From an uncultured Candidatus Saccharibacteria bacterium (GTDB lineage Bacteria > Patescibacteriota > Minisyncoccia > Phycocordibacterales > UBA9973), in assembly GCA_964348725.1 (NCBI GenBank), contig CAYGDG010000006.1:1-58851 (forward strand): DNA of 58,851 nucleotides. The letters are read 5' to 3'. The notes beneath the pieces were generated by a model, which saw only the letters and a program-made list of their open reading frames with translations, was not told where the DNA came from and searched no databases. Both the position numbers and the translations under genes were made by a program. Position 1 is the stretch's first letter, and every line of letters starts with the position of its first letter. Below are positions 27,552 through 36,481 of this stretch, piece after piece.

Positions 27552-28511
27552 ATGAATCTTTATGGAGAAATTAAACAAAAGTCTACAGTTATAGATTGGA
27601 CCGAGACTGATCTATTAGAGAAGCGCAGTATAGTATTTCCAGTTCCCCAAAACCATCCTCGATATTCTACTATCAAGCAATATTGTCTTATGGTTATCCA
27701 ATTGAGCAATTATCATTTCTTGGAAAATGATTTAATTCTATGTGATAGTGCTATTTCAAATTTACTCACGGAACAAATCCGTAATCTACCTGCGATAATT
27801 TTTCTTGATCCAACTGAAGATAAACTGAAGACAAAGAAAGAAGCAGATATCTTTGTTCACCAGCACTCAGGAAAAGCATATGACAGAGTAATCGTCATCG
27901 GCGGGGGCGTGCTGGCTAACTTTGGGGGTTATGTCGCAGAATCCCTCAAAACTAATCTCGTTTATGTGCCGACCACCGTCATCGCCATGTCGGATGCCTG
28001 CATTGGCGGCAAGGTCCGTTTGAATGATATACAAGATGGAGTTTATACTAAACATTCCTATAAATCATTTTATGAGCCATCTGAAATTGTACTTGACCCT
28101 CGATTTCTAAGTAATCTTACTGATGAACAGGTACGCATCGGCCTCGCTGAAATTATAAAGCATGCAATATACCAGTCTCCATTACTCGCGGAGTATATTC
28201 TTTCAGATATATTTCAACCATTCACTGATAAACAGAGCTTGTTGCGAGTAATTCTTTGGACTGCAGATTTAAAGCGAATTTGTTTGGAAATTGACCCTGA
28301 AGAATCAAAGGATGGATCATATCTTATTCTGCGCGCGGCTCATGATATTTCAGATGGACTTGAAGAAAAAAGTCGTTTTAGCTTACCGCACGGGGCGGCG
28401 GTAGAGAAAGCCATGATTGAAGATTTATATTCTCAGAAAGAAAAATATAATTTGCTTTTAGAAATTTATACAAAGCTCGGCATAGGATGCACAAATTTTA
28501 GCGATCAATAG
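27552..28511 (+). CDS. diverged 3-dehydroquinate synthase-like (sugar-phosphate cyclase family) protein
   Basis: IGGGV, VPTT, DACIGGK, GLAEIIKHA, HG. Confidence 0.82.
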   Translation: MNLYGEIKQKSTVIDWTETDLLEKRSIVFPVPQNHPRYSTIKQYCLMVIQLSNYHFLENDLILCDSAISNLLTEQIRNLPAIIFLDPTEDKLKTKKEADIFVHQHSGKAYDRVIVIGGGVLANFGGYVAESLKTNLVYVPTTVIAMSDACIGGKVRLNDIQDGVYTKHSYKSFYEPSEIVLDPRFLSNLTDEQVRIGLAEIIKHAIYQSPLLAEYILSDIFQPFTDKQSLLRVILWTADLKRICLEIDPEESKDGSYLILRAAHDISDGLEEKSRFSLPHGAAVEKAMIEDLYSQKEKYNLLLEIYTKLGIGCTNFSDQ

Positions 28512-28586
28512 TCTGATATAATACCAGCATGGAATTAAAAATAATCTTTGGAGCAATAGCAGCAGCTTTAAACAAAAGAATTTAAT

Positions 28587-29075
28587 ATGATCAGTAATAA
28601 AACAATTGAAAGAGCTGAGGAGGTACTTCAATTGCTCGGCTTGTCTTGGGCTGACTTAGAGGGGAAGAGATCATTGGATCTTGGTGCCGGTTCCGCCGAA
28701 TTGGTTATAGTAGCGCATAAGCAAGGCATAAAAATAGTAGCTTTAGATATTAAGAAACCGAATGGAGTGAGTGCTGAAATTGAATATGTTGTTGCAAATG
28801 CCAGGGAGTTACCATTCCAAGATGGGGAGTTTGATTATGTTCTTTCAATTGGAGGGCCAATCGGTGATATGCCAGAAATTCGCGACATGCAAGTATCAGA
28901 AAAGTCGTTTCGCGAAGCTGTGCGAGTGCTTAAGACTGGAGGTGAATTACGGTTTGGAATCGGCCACAAAGAATTTTATGAGAATGTAAAGAAGTTTGAC
29001 GAACGCATAGAACTGATATTTACACAGAAAGACGAAAAAGAGCGCGAACTTTACTACTACAAGTTTGTAAAATAA
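28587..29075 (+). CDS. class I SAM-dependent methyltransferase
   Basis: LDLGAG, LPFQDGEFDYV, RVLKTGG. Confidence 0.88.
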   Translation: MISNKTIERAEEVLQLLGLSWADLEGKRSLDLGAGSAELVIVAHKQGIKIVALDIKKPNGVSAEIEYVVANARELPFQDGEFDYVLSIGGPIGDMPEIRDMQVSEKSFREAVRVLKTGGELRFGIGHKEFYENVKKFDERIELIFTQKDEKERELYYYKFVK

Positions 29076-29160
29076 TCGAGACGCTCCTGTGTGAAGAATA
29101 AAGATATGCTAGAATACGCTTATGCGCTTAGTGTTATTCTGCGACTAAGCCGATCAATAA

Positions 29161-29685
29161 ATGAAAAAACTCTTTCTTACAGAAAAAAATCTTCCGTGGA
29201 TAGTGGGTGCGAATAATACTGTCGAGACATGGATTTCGGATGAGCTACCAGATCTGGCGCTTTGCACTGCGGCGTACGCTTTTGTGTTTAAGGACAACAC
29301 TTTTTTGCAAACTGAACTTAAAGAAGGGGAGCGGCCAATTCGTCAATTGGATATTCCCGGTGGCCATATTGATCCCGGGGAAAGTCCGGAAGCAGCAGTC
29401 ATTCGCGAAACTTTCGAGGAGACAGGTGTGCATGTACATAATCCAAAACTTCTCGGATATTTGAAGATCACTACTCATGTTCCCGAAGCTGAAAATCCAT
29501 CAATATATCCATATCCTATCGGCTATATGCTGTATTATGTTTGTGATGTTCTGAGCGAAGAACCATTTGAGGGAAATGATGATACGCACGGCCGCGTTTG
29601 GTTGCCTTTTACTGAATTTGATAAATCAGAATGGTGCGTGAAGAATAAAATTCTTTTAGATGAGGTGATAAAGAATCTGATATAA
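29161..29685 (+). CDS. NUDIX hydrolase
   Basis: PGGHIDPGESPEAAVIRETFEETG. Confidence 0.92.
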   Translation: MKKLFLTEKNLPWIVGANNTVETWISDELPDLALCTAAYAFVFKDNTFLQTELKEGERPIRQLDIPGGHIDPGESPEAAVIRETFEETGVHVHNPKLLGYLKITTHVPEAENPSIYPYPIGYMLYYVCDVLSEEPFEGNDDTHGRVWLPFTEFDKSEWCVKNKILLDEVIKNLI

Positions 29686-29692
29686 TCAAATC

Positions 29693-30409
29693 ATGAAATT
29701 ACACATAATAATGCACGAAAGTTTTGAATCACCGGCGGCCATTGAAACATGGGCGAAGCAGAAGGGTTGCGAGATAACTTATACGAGATTGTACGCAGGG
29801 GATATTTTCCCCGCAGAATGTAATTTTGATTTTCTCGTCATCATGGGCGGGCCGCAATCTCCGGCGACGACTTCGGTGGAATGTCCTCATTTTAATGCAC
29901 AGAAAGAAATTGCTTTCATAAAAAAAGCTATTGATCAAAAAAAGATTTTACTCGGCGTATGCCTCGGTGCGCAATTTATTGGGGAAGCTCTGGGCGCAAA
30001 ATTTGATCATAGTCCGAACAGGGAAATAGGTGTTTTCCCTATTACTTTGACCGAAGACGGAAAACAGGACCCAATATTTTTGGCATTTCCGGAAACATTC
30101 AAAGTGGGGCATTGGCATGGAGATATGCCGGGACTCACGCCGGAATCCAAAGTGCTTGCGACGAGTGAAGGCTGTCCGCGGCAAGTTGTTCGCTATGCAC
30201 CAAAGATTTACGGCTTTCAATGCCATTTTGAATTCACGCCTGAAGCAATTGAAGGCATGATACAAAATAATGCGCACGAGTTAGAGGATTACAAAGGCTT
30301 ACCGTATATTGAAACTGCTGAACAACTACGAAGCCATGATTATTCTGAAATGAATAAATTACTATTTGAATTTTTAGATAAATTCATTACACTAACACCA
30401 AAAAATTAA
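29693..30409 (+). CDS. class I glutamine amidotransferase
   Basis: MGGPQS, GVCLGAQ, HWHGD, FQCHFE. Confidence 0.92.
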   Translation: MKLHIIMHESFESPAAIETWAKQKGCEITYTRLYAGDIFPAECNFDFLVIMGGPQSPATTSVECPHFNAQKEIAFIKKAIDQKKILLGVCLGAQFIGEALGAKFDHSPNREIGVFPITLTEDGKQDPIFLAFPETFKVGHWHGDMPGLTPESKVLATSEGCPRQVVRYAPKIYGFQCHFEFTPEAIEGMIQNNAHELEDYKGLPYIETAEQLRSHDYSEMNKLLFEFLDKFITLTPKN

Positions 30410-30981
30410 TGAATTCTAAGCCTAAAAAATATGTCATCATGTTCGTAGGGCATACCCACACAGGAAAGACGACTTTTGCGAAAAAACTCGCTAAAAATTT
30501 CCCAGACACCGTCCGGATAGATAATGACGAAATCGCTCTTTTTGCCAAGGAAAAATACCCATCGGCTGTGCTTTCCCCGTATAATAAAATTAAAAGAGGT
30601 TTCAGTAATCCGAATCTAAAATTCCTTCTTTTTAAAGATATCTATAAATTCTGCTTGCGTGCCGCGATGAATGTAATTTTATCCAATGGGAATCTTGCCA
30701 AAGACGGGCGCACTCTTGTGGCTAGAAATGCCAAAAAACATGGATATGTACTTGTGACCGTATATTTCAATTTGCCGCATGAAATTATACTGAAACGCTT
30801 GAAAGAAACTAAAAAAGACAATAAGGTATTTATTACTTCAAAAAATTGGTTTGAGCTTTTTGAAAATCAGAAAGGGTACGCGCAGCTTCCGCCATCTAAA
30901 AAATCCGGTTTGTATTTCGAGATCAAGAATGAAAAGGATTATTTGGCTATAATGAAGCAATTGGTAAATTTATTAAAGTGA
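30409..30981 (+). CDS. P-loop kinase/AAA_33-like protein
   Basis: GHTHTGKTT Walker A. Confidence 0.8.
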   Translation: MNSKPKKYVIMFVGHTHTGKTTFAKKLAKNFPDTVRIDNDEIALFAKEKYPSAVLSPYNKIKRGFSNPNLKFLLFKDIYKFCLRAAMNVILSNGNLAKDGRTLVARNAKKHGYVLVTVYFNLPHEIILKRLKETKKDNKVFITSKNWFELFENQKGYAQLPPSKKSGLYFEIKNEKDYLAIMKQLVNLLK

Positions 30982-30992
30982 TACCATTAGCA

Positions 30993-31313
30993 ATGAAACA
31001 AACCACCTTCAGCGATCGCGTGATAAAAATTGCCCTTTCGATTCCGAAAGGCAGAGTGACGACTTATGGCCGCATCGCGCGGGCGGCCGGTGCGGGGCCG
31101 ATGGCTTCGCAGAGCATCACGAGTATATTGAGTAAGGCGGCCCAGGCGGGCGCGAAGATTCCTTTTCATCGGATCGTGTATGCGAACGGCACGATATGGA
31201 TAGACGAGCCGCATCGCGCCGAACGGATGAATTTGTATAAAAAAGAGGGGATAGAAGTCGACGATAAGAATAAGATCAAAAATTTCTGGGATATTTTACT
31301 TGAATTCAAATGA
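30993..31313 (+). CDS. alkyltransferase-like (MGMT family, Atl) protein
   Basis: IPKGRVTTYG, PFHR (non-Cys active-site variant), LYKKEG; start placed at ATG 30993. Confidence 0.85.
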   Translation: MKQTTFSDRVIKIALSIPKGRVTTYGRIARAAGAGPMASQSITSILSKAAQAGAKIPFHRIVYANGTIWIDEPHRAERMNLYKKEGIEVDDKNKIKNFWDILLEFK

Positions 31314-31361
31314 TGCGATTAAATAATATCATGCTCTTCATTTGGAAGCCGTTAATCCTAC

Positions 31362-31411
31362 TTGACTTTAAGGTTAACATTTGTTAACCTTATCTATATA
31401 ATAAAGTTAAC
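31362..31411 (+). promoter_or_regulatory. promoter with palindromic operator of the HTH/Fic pair
   Basis: TTGACT at 31362; TAAGGTTAACA-TT-TGTTAACCTTA (31369-31392) over the -10; third GTTAAC at 31406. Confidence 0.7.
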
Positions 31412-31420
31412 AAGAAAAAT

Positions 31421-31702
31421 ATGGAAAATAAAGGTAAAAAAGCAATATTTGTGTCTGTCGCAGAGCTGGCAAAAATACTGGGCATTAGTCGCATTGCTGT
31501 GTTTAATAAAATAAAAAAAGGCCAGATTCCGGCTCAAAGGATTGGACGCTCTTATGCTATTGCTATGGAGCATGTGGATGAAATAGTAAATGGCAAAAGT
31601 TCTCGTGTATTGACCGAAGAAAAGAAAAAATCAATAAAAGAAGCTGTCGCGAAAGTTATAAAAGAATACGGCGAAACTTTAAAGCTTCTGGGTAAAGAAT
31701 AA
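31421..31702 (+). CDS. excisionase-like HTH protein, putative antitoxin
   Basis: SVAELAKILGISR, GQIPAQRIGRSY; C-terminal IKEYGETLKLL typical of Doc antitoxin tails. Confidence 0.8.
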   Translation: MENKGKKAIFVSVAELAKILGISRIAVFNKIKKGQIPAQRIGRSYAIAMEHVDEIVNGKSSRVLTEEKKKSIKEAVAKVIKEYGETLKLLGKE

Positions 31703-31704
31703 TT

Positions 31705-32139
31705 ATGCAGATAAAAAGACTGACAATTGCAGATATAGAATATGCGGCTCATACTTTGGCAAAACAAACCATGGCATGGTCAGAACCCATACCTGATTTC
31801 AGTACGAGATACACGAATTCCCTTGAGAGAAGCATTGAAGCGCCTTTTCAGACATTTGGCGGAAAAAATCTTTATCCTAGCCTTCTCAAGAAGTCTTCCA
31901 TCTTATTTTATTTGATGATCAAAAATCACCCTTTTCAAAATGGGAATAAGCGTTTAGCCATGACAACATTGTTTATATTTCTTTTTGAGAATAAAAAATG
32001 GCTTAAGGTCGATAATCAAGAGCTGTACAATTTTGCCCGCTGGGTCGCTGAAAGCAATGCAAAATTGAAAGAAGATACAGTGAGAGCGATCGAGACTTTC
32101 TTGGGGAATTATTTAGTAGATATAAAACACCTTGATTAA
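31705..32139 (+). CDS. Fic/Doc family toxin
   Basis: HPFQNGNKR. Confidence 0.92.
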   Translation: MQIKRLTIADIEYAAHTLAKQTMAWSEPIPDFSTRYTNSLERSIEAPFQTFGGKNLYPSLLKKSSILFYLMIKNHPFQNGNKRLAMTTLFIFLFENKKWLKVDNQELYNFARWVAESNAKLKEDTVRAIETFLGNYLVDIKHLD

Positions 32140-32148
32140 TTCATTTAA

Positions 32149-32529
32149 ATGAAAACCATGGAAGAAAAAAATGCCGCTGCGGGAAAACGAGTGCGTGCGA
32201 TGATATTCGCGGGTGTTTATCCGATGTATGTCGCCAAGGCGGAAAGGAAAGGGCGTACGAAAAAAGAAGTCGACGAGATCATCCGCTGGCTCACGGGATA
32301 TAGCCAGAAAGGGCTGGGAGCGCAGCTGAAGAAGCAGGCGAATTTTGAGGACTTTTTCGCAAACGCTCCCAAAATGAATCCTGCGCGATCTTTAATTAGT
32401 GGCGTCATTTGCGGCGTGCGGATCGAAGAGATAAAAGACCGGCTGATGCGGGAAGTGCGCTATCTGGATAAATTAGTCGATGAGCTGGCAAAGGGAAAAG
32501 CGATGGAGAAGATCTTGCGGAAAGAATAA
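32149..32529 (+). CDS. DUF2200 family protein
   Basis: [43 protein letters not shown]. Confidence 0.88.
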   Translation: MKTMEEKNAAAGKRVRAMIFAGVYPMYVAKAERKGRTKKEVDEIIRWLTGYSQKGLGAQLKKQANFEDFFANAPKMNPARSLISGVICGVRIEEIKDRLMREVRYLDKLVDELAKGKAMEKILRKE

Positions 32530-32567
32530 ATTTTTATACGGAGTTTTTAATTTGCTATAATCAAACC

Positions 32568-33233
32568 ATGCAAATCAGCAGGTGGACAATTAATAAAAAT
32601 TATCTCTTTTACTGTATTTTGGGATTTCTGGTGCTTGGAATGGGTGTTACACTTCTAATAAATTACTCTATATCTCGCACAAGTCAGGCGTTTGTGACTA
32701 ATGATGTAGACGAACTTAAACCTGTAAATGTGGGCTTGCTCCTTGGGACAAGGCGTGCATTTGAAGACGGGAATCTTAATGGCTTTTTCTTTAACCGCAT
32801 TGAAGCGGCGGCTCAACTTTTTCAGGCGGGGAAGGTGCAGTATTTTATTGTTAGCGGAGACAATAGCAGAAAAGATTATAATGAACCTGAAGATATGAAA
32901 ATGGAGTTGGTAAAAAGAGGTATTCCGGAAGACAGGATTTTTCTTGATTATGCAGGATTCAGAACCCTGGATTCAGTCATTCGTACAAGAGAGATTTTTG
33001 GCCAGAATGAAATTATTGTAATTTCTCAAAAGTTCCATAACCAAAGAGCCGTTTATATAGCTCGAAAGAATGGCATAGAAGCGTTTGGATATAATGCCGA
33101 AGATATAAATACTTTTCAAAGCCTTAAGACAAGGCTAAGGGAGTTTCTGGCTCGAGATAAGATGTTCCTTGATTTCTTATTTGGAATCCAGCCAAAGTTC
33201 TTGGGAGAAAAAATTAAAATTCCAGCATTATGA
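32568..33233 (+). CDS. sanA: SanA/YdcF (DUF218) family protein
   Basis: VSGDN, YNEP, DYAGFRTLDS, SQKFHNQRA, REFLAR. Confidence 0.9.
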   Translation: MQISRWTINKNYLFYCILGFLVLGMGVTLLINYSISRTSQAFVTNDVDELKPVNVGLLLGTRRAFEDGNLNGFFFNRIEAAAQLFQAGKVQYFIVSGDNSRKDYNEPEDMKMELVKRGIPEDRIFLDYAGFRTLDSVIRTREIFGQNEIIVISQKFHNQRAVYIARKNGIEAFGYNAEDINTFQSLKTRLREFLARDKMFLDFLFGIQPKFLGEKIKIPAL

Positions 33234-33829
33234 AAAATAAAAGAAAAAAAGTTTTTATATTTGAAAGTATAAAAGGAGCGGGCAAAACTTTACTTACGAA
33301 CAAACTGAAAGAGCATTTTCCGGACATGGAAGTGTATGGCGAAGAAATAACGCTTTTGCCGGTAAAACATTCAAAGGAAAAAACCATTATAATTTCACAT
33401 TATCATGAAGTCATCAGCCGGATTGAAAAATCTGATTCCGAGTTTTTCTTACTGGATAGATTCCATTATTCCAAATGGCCCATAAGGGAATATGATAAAG
33501 ATTATTTCAAAGAGATAGAGAATTCTTTGGTTGAAAAATTTGCCGCAGAACTCATCTTTTTCAAGATACACGAAGATAAAATCTTGCTTCGGCTGAAACA
33601 TACACAGGAATACAGAAAAGATGCCGGCTGGAAAATGAATTACGACGGCTTGTCTCTGGAAGATGAAGCGCAAAGAGATATAGTTTGGCAGAAGTTTTTT
33701 ATGGAGCATCAATACAAAAATACTTTAATTCCTAAAAAGCACATAATGGATACCACTGATTTGCACTCCAGCATGGGGAATCTGCAAAATTATTTAGATG
33801 AAATATTGTCCATAATTCAGAAAGCTTAG
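33230..33829 (+). CDS. dNMP-kinase-like P-loop protein
   Basis: FESIKGAGKT, LLDRFH. Confidence 0.75.
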   Translation: MKNKRKKVFIFESIKGAGKTLLTNKLKEHFPDMEVYGEEITLLPVKHSKEKTIIISHYHEVISRIEKSDSEFFLLDRFHYSKWPIREYDKDYFKEIENSLVEKFAAELIFFKIHEDKILLRLKHTQEYRKDAGWKMNYDGLSLEDEAQRDIVWQKFFMEHQYKNTLIPKKHIMDTTDLHSSMGNLQNYLDEILSIIQKA

Positions 33830-33857
33830 AAAATTCATAATCTGCTATAATCAAATC

Positions 33858-34319
33858 ATGGAATCTCAGACAAACGACATAGAATTCATGGAAGCCGCAA
33901 TAGATGAAGCCAAATTGGCGAAAACCAATGGCGACTTACCCTTTGGTGCTGTCGTAGTTCAAAATGATAAGATTGTCGGGAGAGGGCATGCGGAAAATAA
34001 TACTGTCGGTGATGTCACGGATCATGCGGAGCTTCTGGCGGTACGGATGGCTTGTAAAACCCTAGGCGCGAATGATTTAAAAGATTGCGTGATTTACTGC
34101 ACCAATGAACCTTGCTTCATGTGCGCCGCGGGTATTTTCCAGGCGAATATTCCAAAAGTAATCATCGGTGTTTCCCGCGCTGACCTTCCCGAATTGCTCC
34201 GCCCTCGGAAATTCGGTATTGATCATCTAGCTGAAGATTCTAGTTATTCCATTGAAATTGTCCGGGGTATTTTAAAAGATAAGGTATTGGCACTTTTTGC
34301 AGATGTTAAAAAGAAATAA
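33858..34319 (+). CDS. zinc-dependent nucleoside/nucleobase deaminase
   Basis: PFGAVV, HAE, EPCFMC. Confidence 0.92.
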   Translation: MESQTNDIEFMEAAIDEAKLAKTNGDLPFGAVVVQNDKIVGRGHAENNTVGDVTDHAELLAVRMACKTLGANDLKDCVIYCTNEPCFMCAAGIFQANIPKVIIGVSRADLPELLRPRKFGIDHLAEDSSYSIEIVRGILKDKVLALFADVKKK

Positions 34320-34330
34320 TTATATTATGT

Positions 34331-34711
34331 ATGCTTATAAACATTGAAAAATCTTCAATTTTAAAAAATGATGAACGCGGAATATCGTATGATTTTTCTA
34401 CGCGGCAAAGCGGCTATTTTATAGTCATTCATCGCAAGAGGGGAACGATAAGTGGCAAGCATTATCATAAGGGAGAGATGGTTTCAAAAGCCCCTGAGAT
34501 TATTTATTTAGTGAGTGGAGATATAAAATTAACTGCACGGGATATTAAAACTGGTGAACAAGAAGTTTTTGACTTATCTGAGGGAGTAAAAATAGAAATA
34601 CCGCCGAACATGTATCACGAATTGGAAGCAAAAACGGATATTATTTTTCTCGAGTTACTGACTGACAAAAAAGATTTTGAAAAATATAAATCAGATACGG
34701 TTAAAATATAA
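34331..34711 (+). CDS. cupin domain protein
   Basis: GKHYH...E, IPPNMYH. Confidence 0.8.
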   Translation: MLINIEKSSILKNDERGISYDFSTRQSGYFIVIHRKRGTISGKHYHKGEMVSKAPEIIYLVSGDIKLTARDIKTGEQEVFDLSEGVKIEIPPNMYHELEAKTDIIFLELLTDKKDFEKYKSDTVKI

Positions 34712-34723
34712 AATTACATAATT

Positions 34724-35470
34724 ATGAATTCTGATAAAATAACCGATAAATGCAGGCAGCTTCTGCAAGCATATGAAAACGGGAAGCTTGGGCAGACTGT
34801 GATGCCGGAAGATTCAAATCCTGGCTTTTCAGATAAAGAAAAGGAAACCAAAATTGCATATTTTACTTTGCCGATGGCGCTTAATTACCAGCGTGACAGC
34901 TATAAACTATGGGAAGCGGCATTAAAAACCTTTAATGATCCAGAGACGAAGTTTGTATTTGATATCGCAAAAGTTTCCAAGGCTTCAGAAGAAGATGTAC
35001 GAGAAGCTTTAATGAAATATAAGTTAGCGCTCCAGCCGAATAAGCACATACATACCTGGTGTACGATTGCGAAAACTGTCCATGATAATTGGGGAACATT
35101 CTCAAAGTTTTTTGAGGCAATGGAGGGAGATTTTTTGAAACTCAAAAAAATAGTGCAGGTAGATCACAAGAAAGGATTTCCTTATCTCTCCGGGCCGAAA
35201 ATATTTAATTACTGGTCCTTTATTATAAGCACTTACGGAGGTATGGAACTATCAAATAGGGATTATATAGAAATTGCTCCAGATACTCACATTACCCAAT
35301 GTTCGGTGAAGCTTGGGGTGATTACTGGTAAAGAAGCTGAAACTCTTGCGAAGGACGAGATCTCCGAGCGTTGGAGAATGCTGTTGAAGGGAAGTGGTAT
35401 AGACCCTATCACTATGCACCCGCCGCTCTGGTTCTGGAGTCGTAATGGATTTTTGTTCGATATTGGCTGA
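34724..35470 (+). CDS. HhH-type DNA glycosylase-like hypothetical protein
   Basis: FPYLSGPKI (HhH-like) followed by IAPDTH. Confidence 0.6.
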   Translation: MNSDKITDKCRQLLQAYENGKLGQTVMPEDSNPGFSDKEKETKIAYFTLPMALNYQRDSYKLWEAALKTFNDPETKFVFDIAKVSKASEEDVREALMKYKLALQPNKHIHTWCTIAKTVHDNWGTFSKFFEAMEGDFLKLKKIVQVDHKKGFPYLSGPKIFNYWSFIISTYGGMELSNRDYIEIAPDTHITQCSVKLGVITGKEAETLAKDEISERWRMLLKGSGIDPITMHPPLWFWSRNGFLFDIG

Positions 35471-35600
35471 ATTGTCTCGCGCGTGGAGTGGGGGTATGCT
35501 AGAATATGTGTACCATGCTCGGCCCCGTAATTCGCGGCCGGGTTTAGGCAACGGAGCATCCCGAATGCCATCTATTATTAATTAATAATTTAATTTTTTT

Positions 35601-35753
35601 ATGAACAAAGGAACTAATTGGATCATCATCGCGGCCGTCCTCTCTCTCATCGTCGCAGTCTATGTCTGGTTTACCGGCAACAAGGACGCCGGGCTCTTTA
35701 TCGGGCTCTGGGTGCCTTCACTCTTTGCGCTCGCTACGTACCTCAAGAAATAA
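35601..35753 (+). CDS. 50-aa two-TM small membrane protein (below ORF-track cutoff)
   Basis: MNKGTNWIIIAAVLSLIVAVYVWFTGNKDAGLFIGLWVPSLFALATYLKK. Confidence 0.75.
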   Translation: MNKGTNWIIIAAVLSLIVAVYVWFTGNKDAGLFIGLWVPSLFALATYLKK

Positions 35754-35754
35754 C

Positions 35755-35838
35755 ATGACTGACACCATGGTGTTTATGTTTGGGATTATTGTCAGCGCCG
35801 TCGCGGGAGTCGGCATATATCTTTCGCTTAAAAAATAA
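35755..35838 (+). CDS. 27-aa single-TM microprotein
   Basis: MTDTMVFMFGIIVSAVAGVGIYLSLKK, 1 nt after previous stop. Confidence 0.6.
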   Translation: MTDTMVFMFGIIVSAVAGVGIYLSLKK

Positions 35839-35845
35839 CGATATT

Positions 35846-36481
35846 ATGAAAATTTATTTGACCGTTCTTATTATAATCGTAGCCCTGATCGTCCTCTGGT
35901 CACTCATCGGATATTTCACTTCCAACGCCGAACAGGCAAAATATTCGGTATTGAAAAAAGCCGACGGATATGAAATCAGGAATTATCCGGCTCATATCGT
36001 GGCTCAAACTATCGTGGAGGGAACAAGTGTAAACGGTGAGGCGTTCAATAAAGGATTTAAAATCATTGCCGGGTACATATTCGGAGGCAATATCAAAAAG
36101 GAGAGCATTGCTATGACCGCGCCTGTTGTCGCGCAAGGATCATCGGAAAAGATAGCGATGACAGTGCCGGTGACTGCGAGCGCGGACGGCAATTCACAAG
36201 TGGTTTCCTTTGTTATGCCAAGCGCATACACCCTGGCGACATTACCTACTCCAAATGACTCCAGAATAAAGCTTATTGAAGTGCCTGAGCAAAAAATAGC
36301 GGCATTCAGGTTTTCTTGGTACAGAACCGATAGCCGTTTTGAGAAAATGCAGAAACAATTATTCGCCGATCTGGCTCGGGACAATGTGGAAATAATCGGC
36401 ACACCAATCTTTGCCGGCTACAATCCGCCCTGGACTCCGCCGTGGATGAACCGGAATGAAATAATGGTGCAGATCAAATGA
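35846..36481 (+). CDS. SOUL heme-binding family protein
   Basis: YEIRNY, AGYIFGGN, IAMTAPV, SFVMP, YNPPWT...RNE; start at ATG 35846. Confidence 0.9.
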   Translation: MKIYLTVLIIIVALIVLWSLIGYFTSNAEQAKYSVLKKADGYEIRNYPAHIVAQTIVEGTSVNGEAFNKGFKIIAGYIFGGNIKKESIAMTAPVVAQGSSEKIAMTVPVTASADGNSQVVSFVMPSAYTLATLPTPNDSRIKLIEVPEQKIAAFRFSWYRTDSRFEKMQKQLFADLARDNVEIIGTPIFAGYNPPWTPPWMNRNEIMVQIK

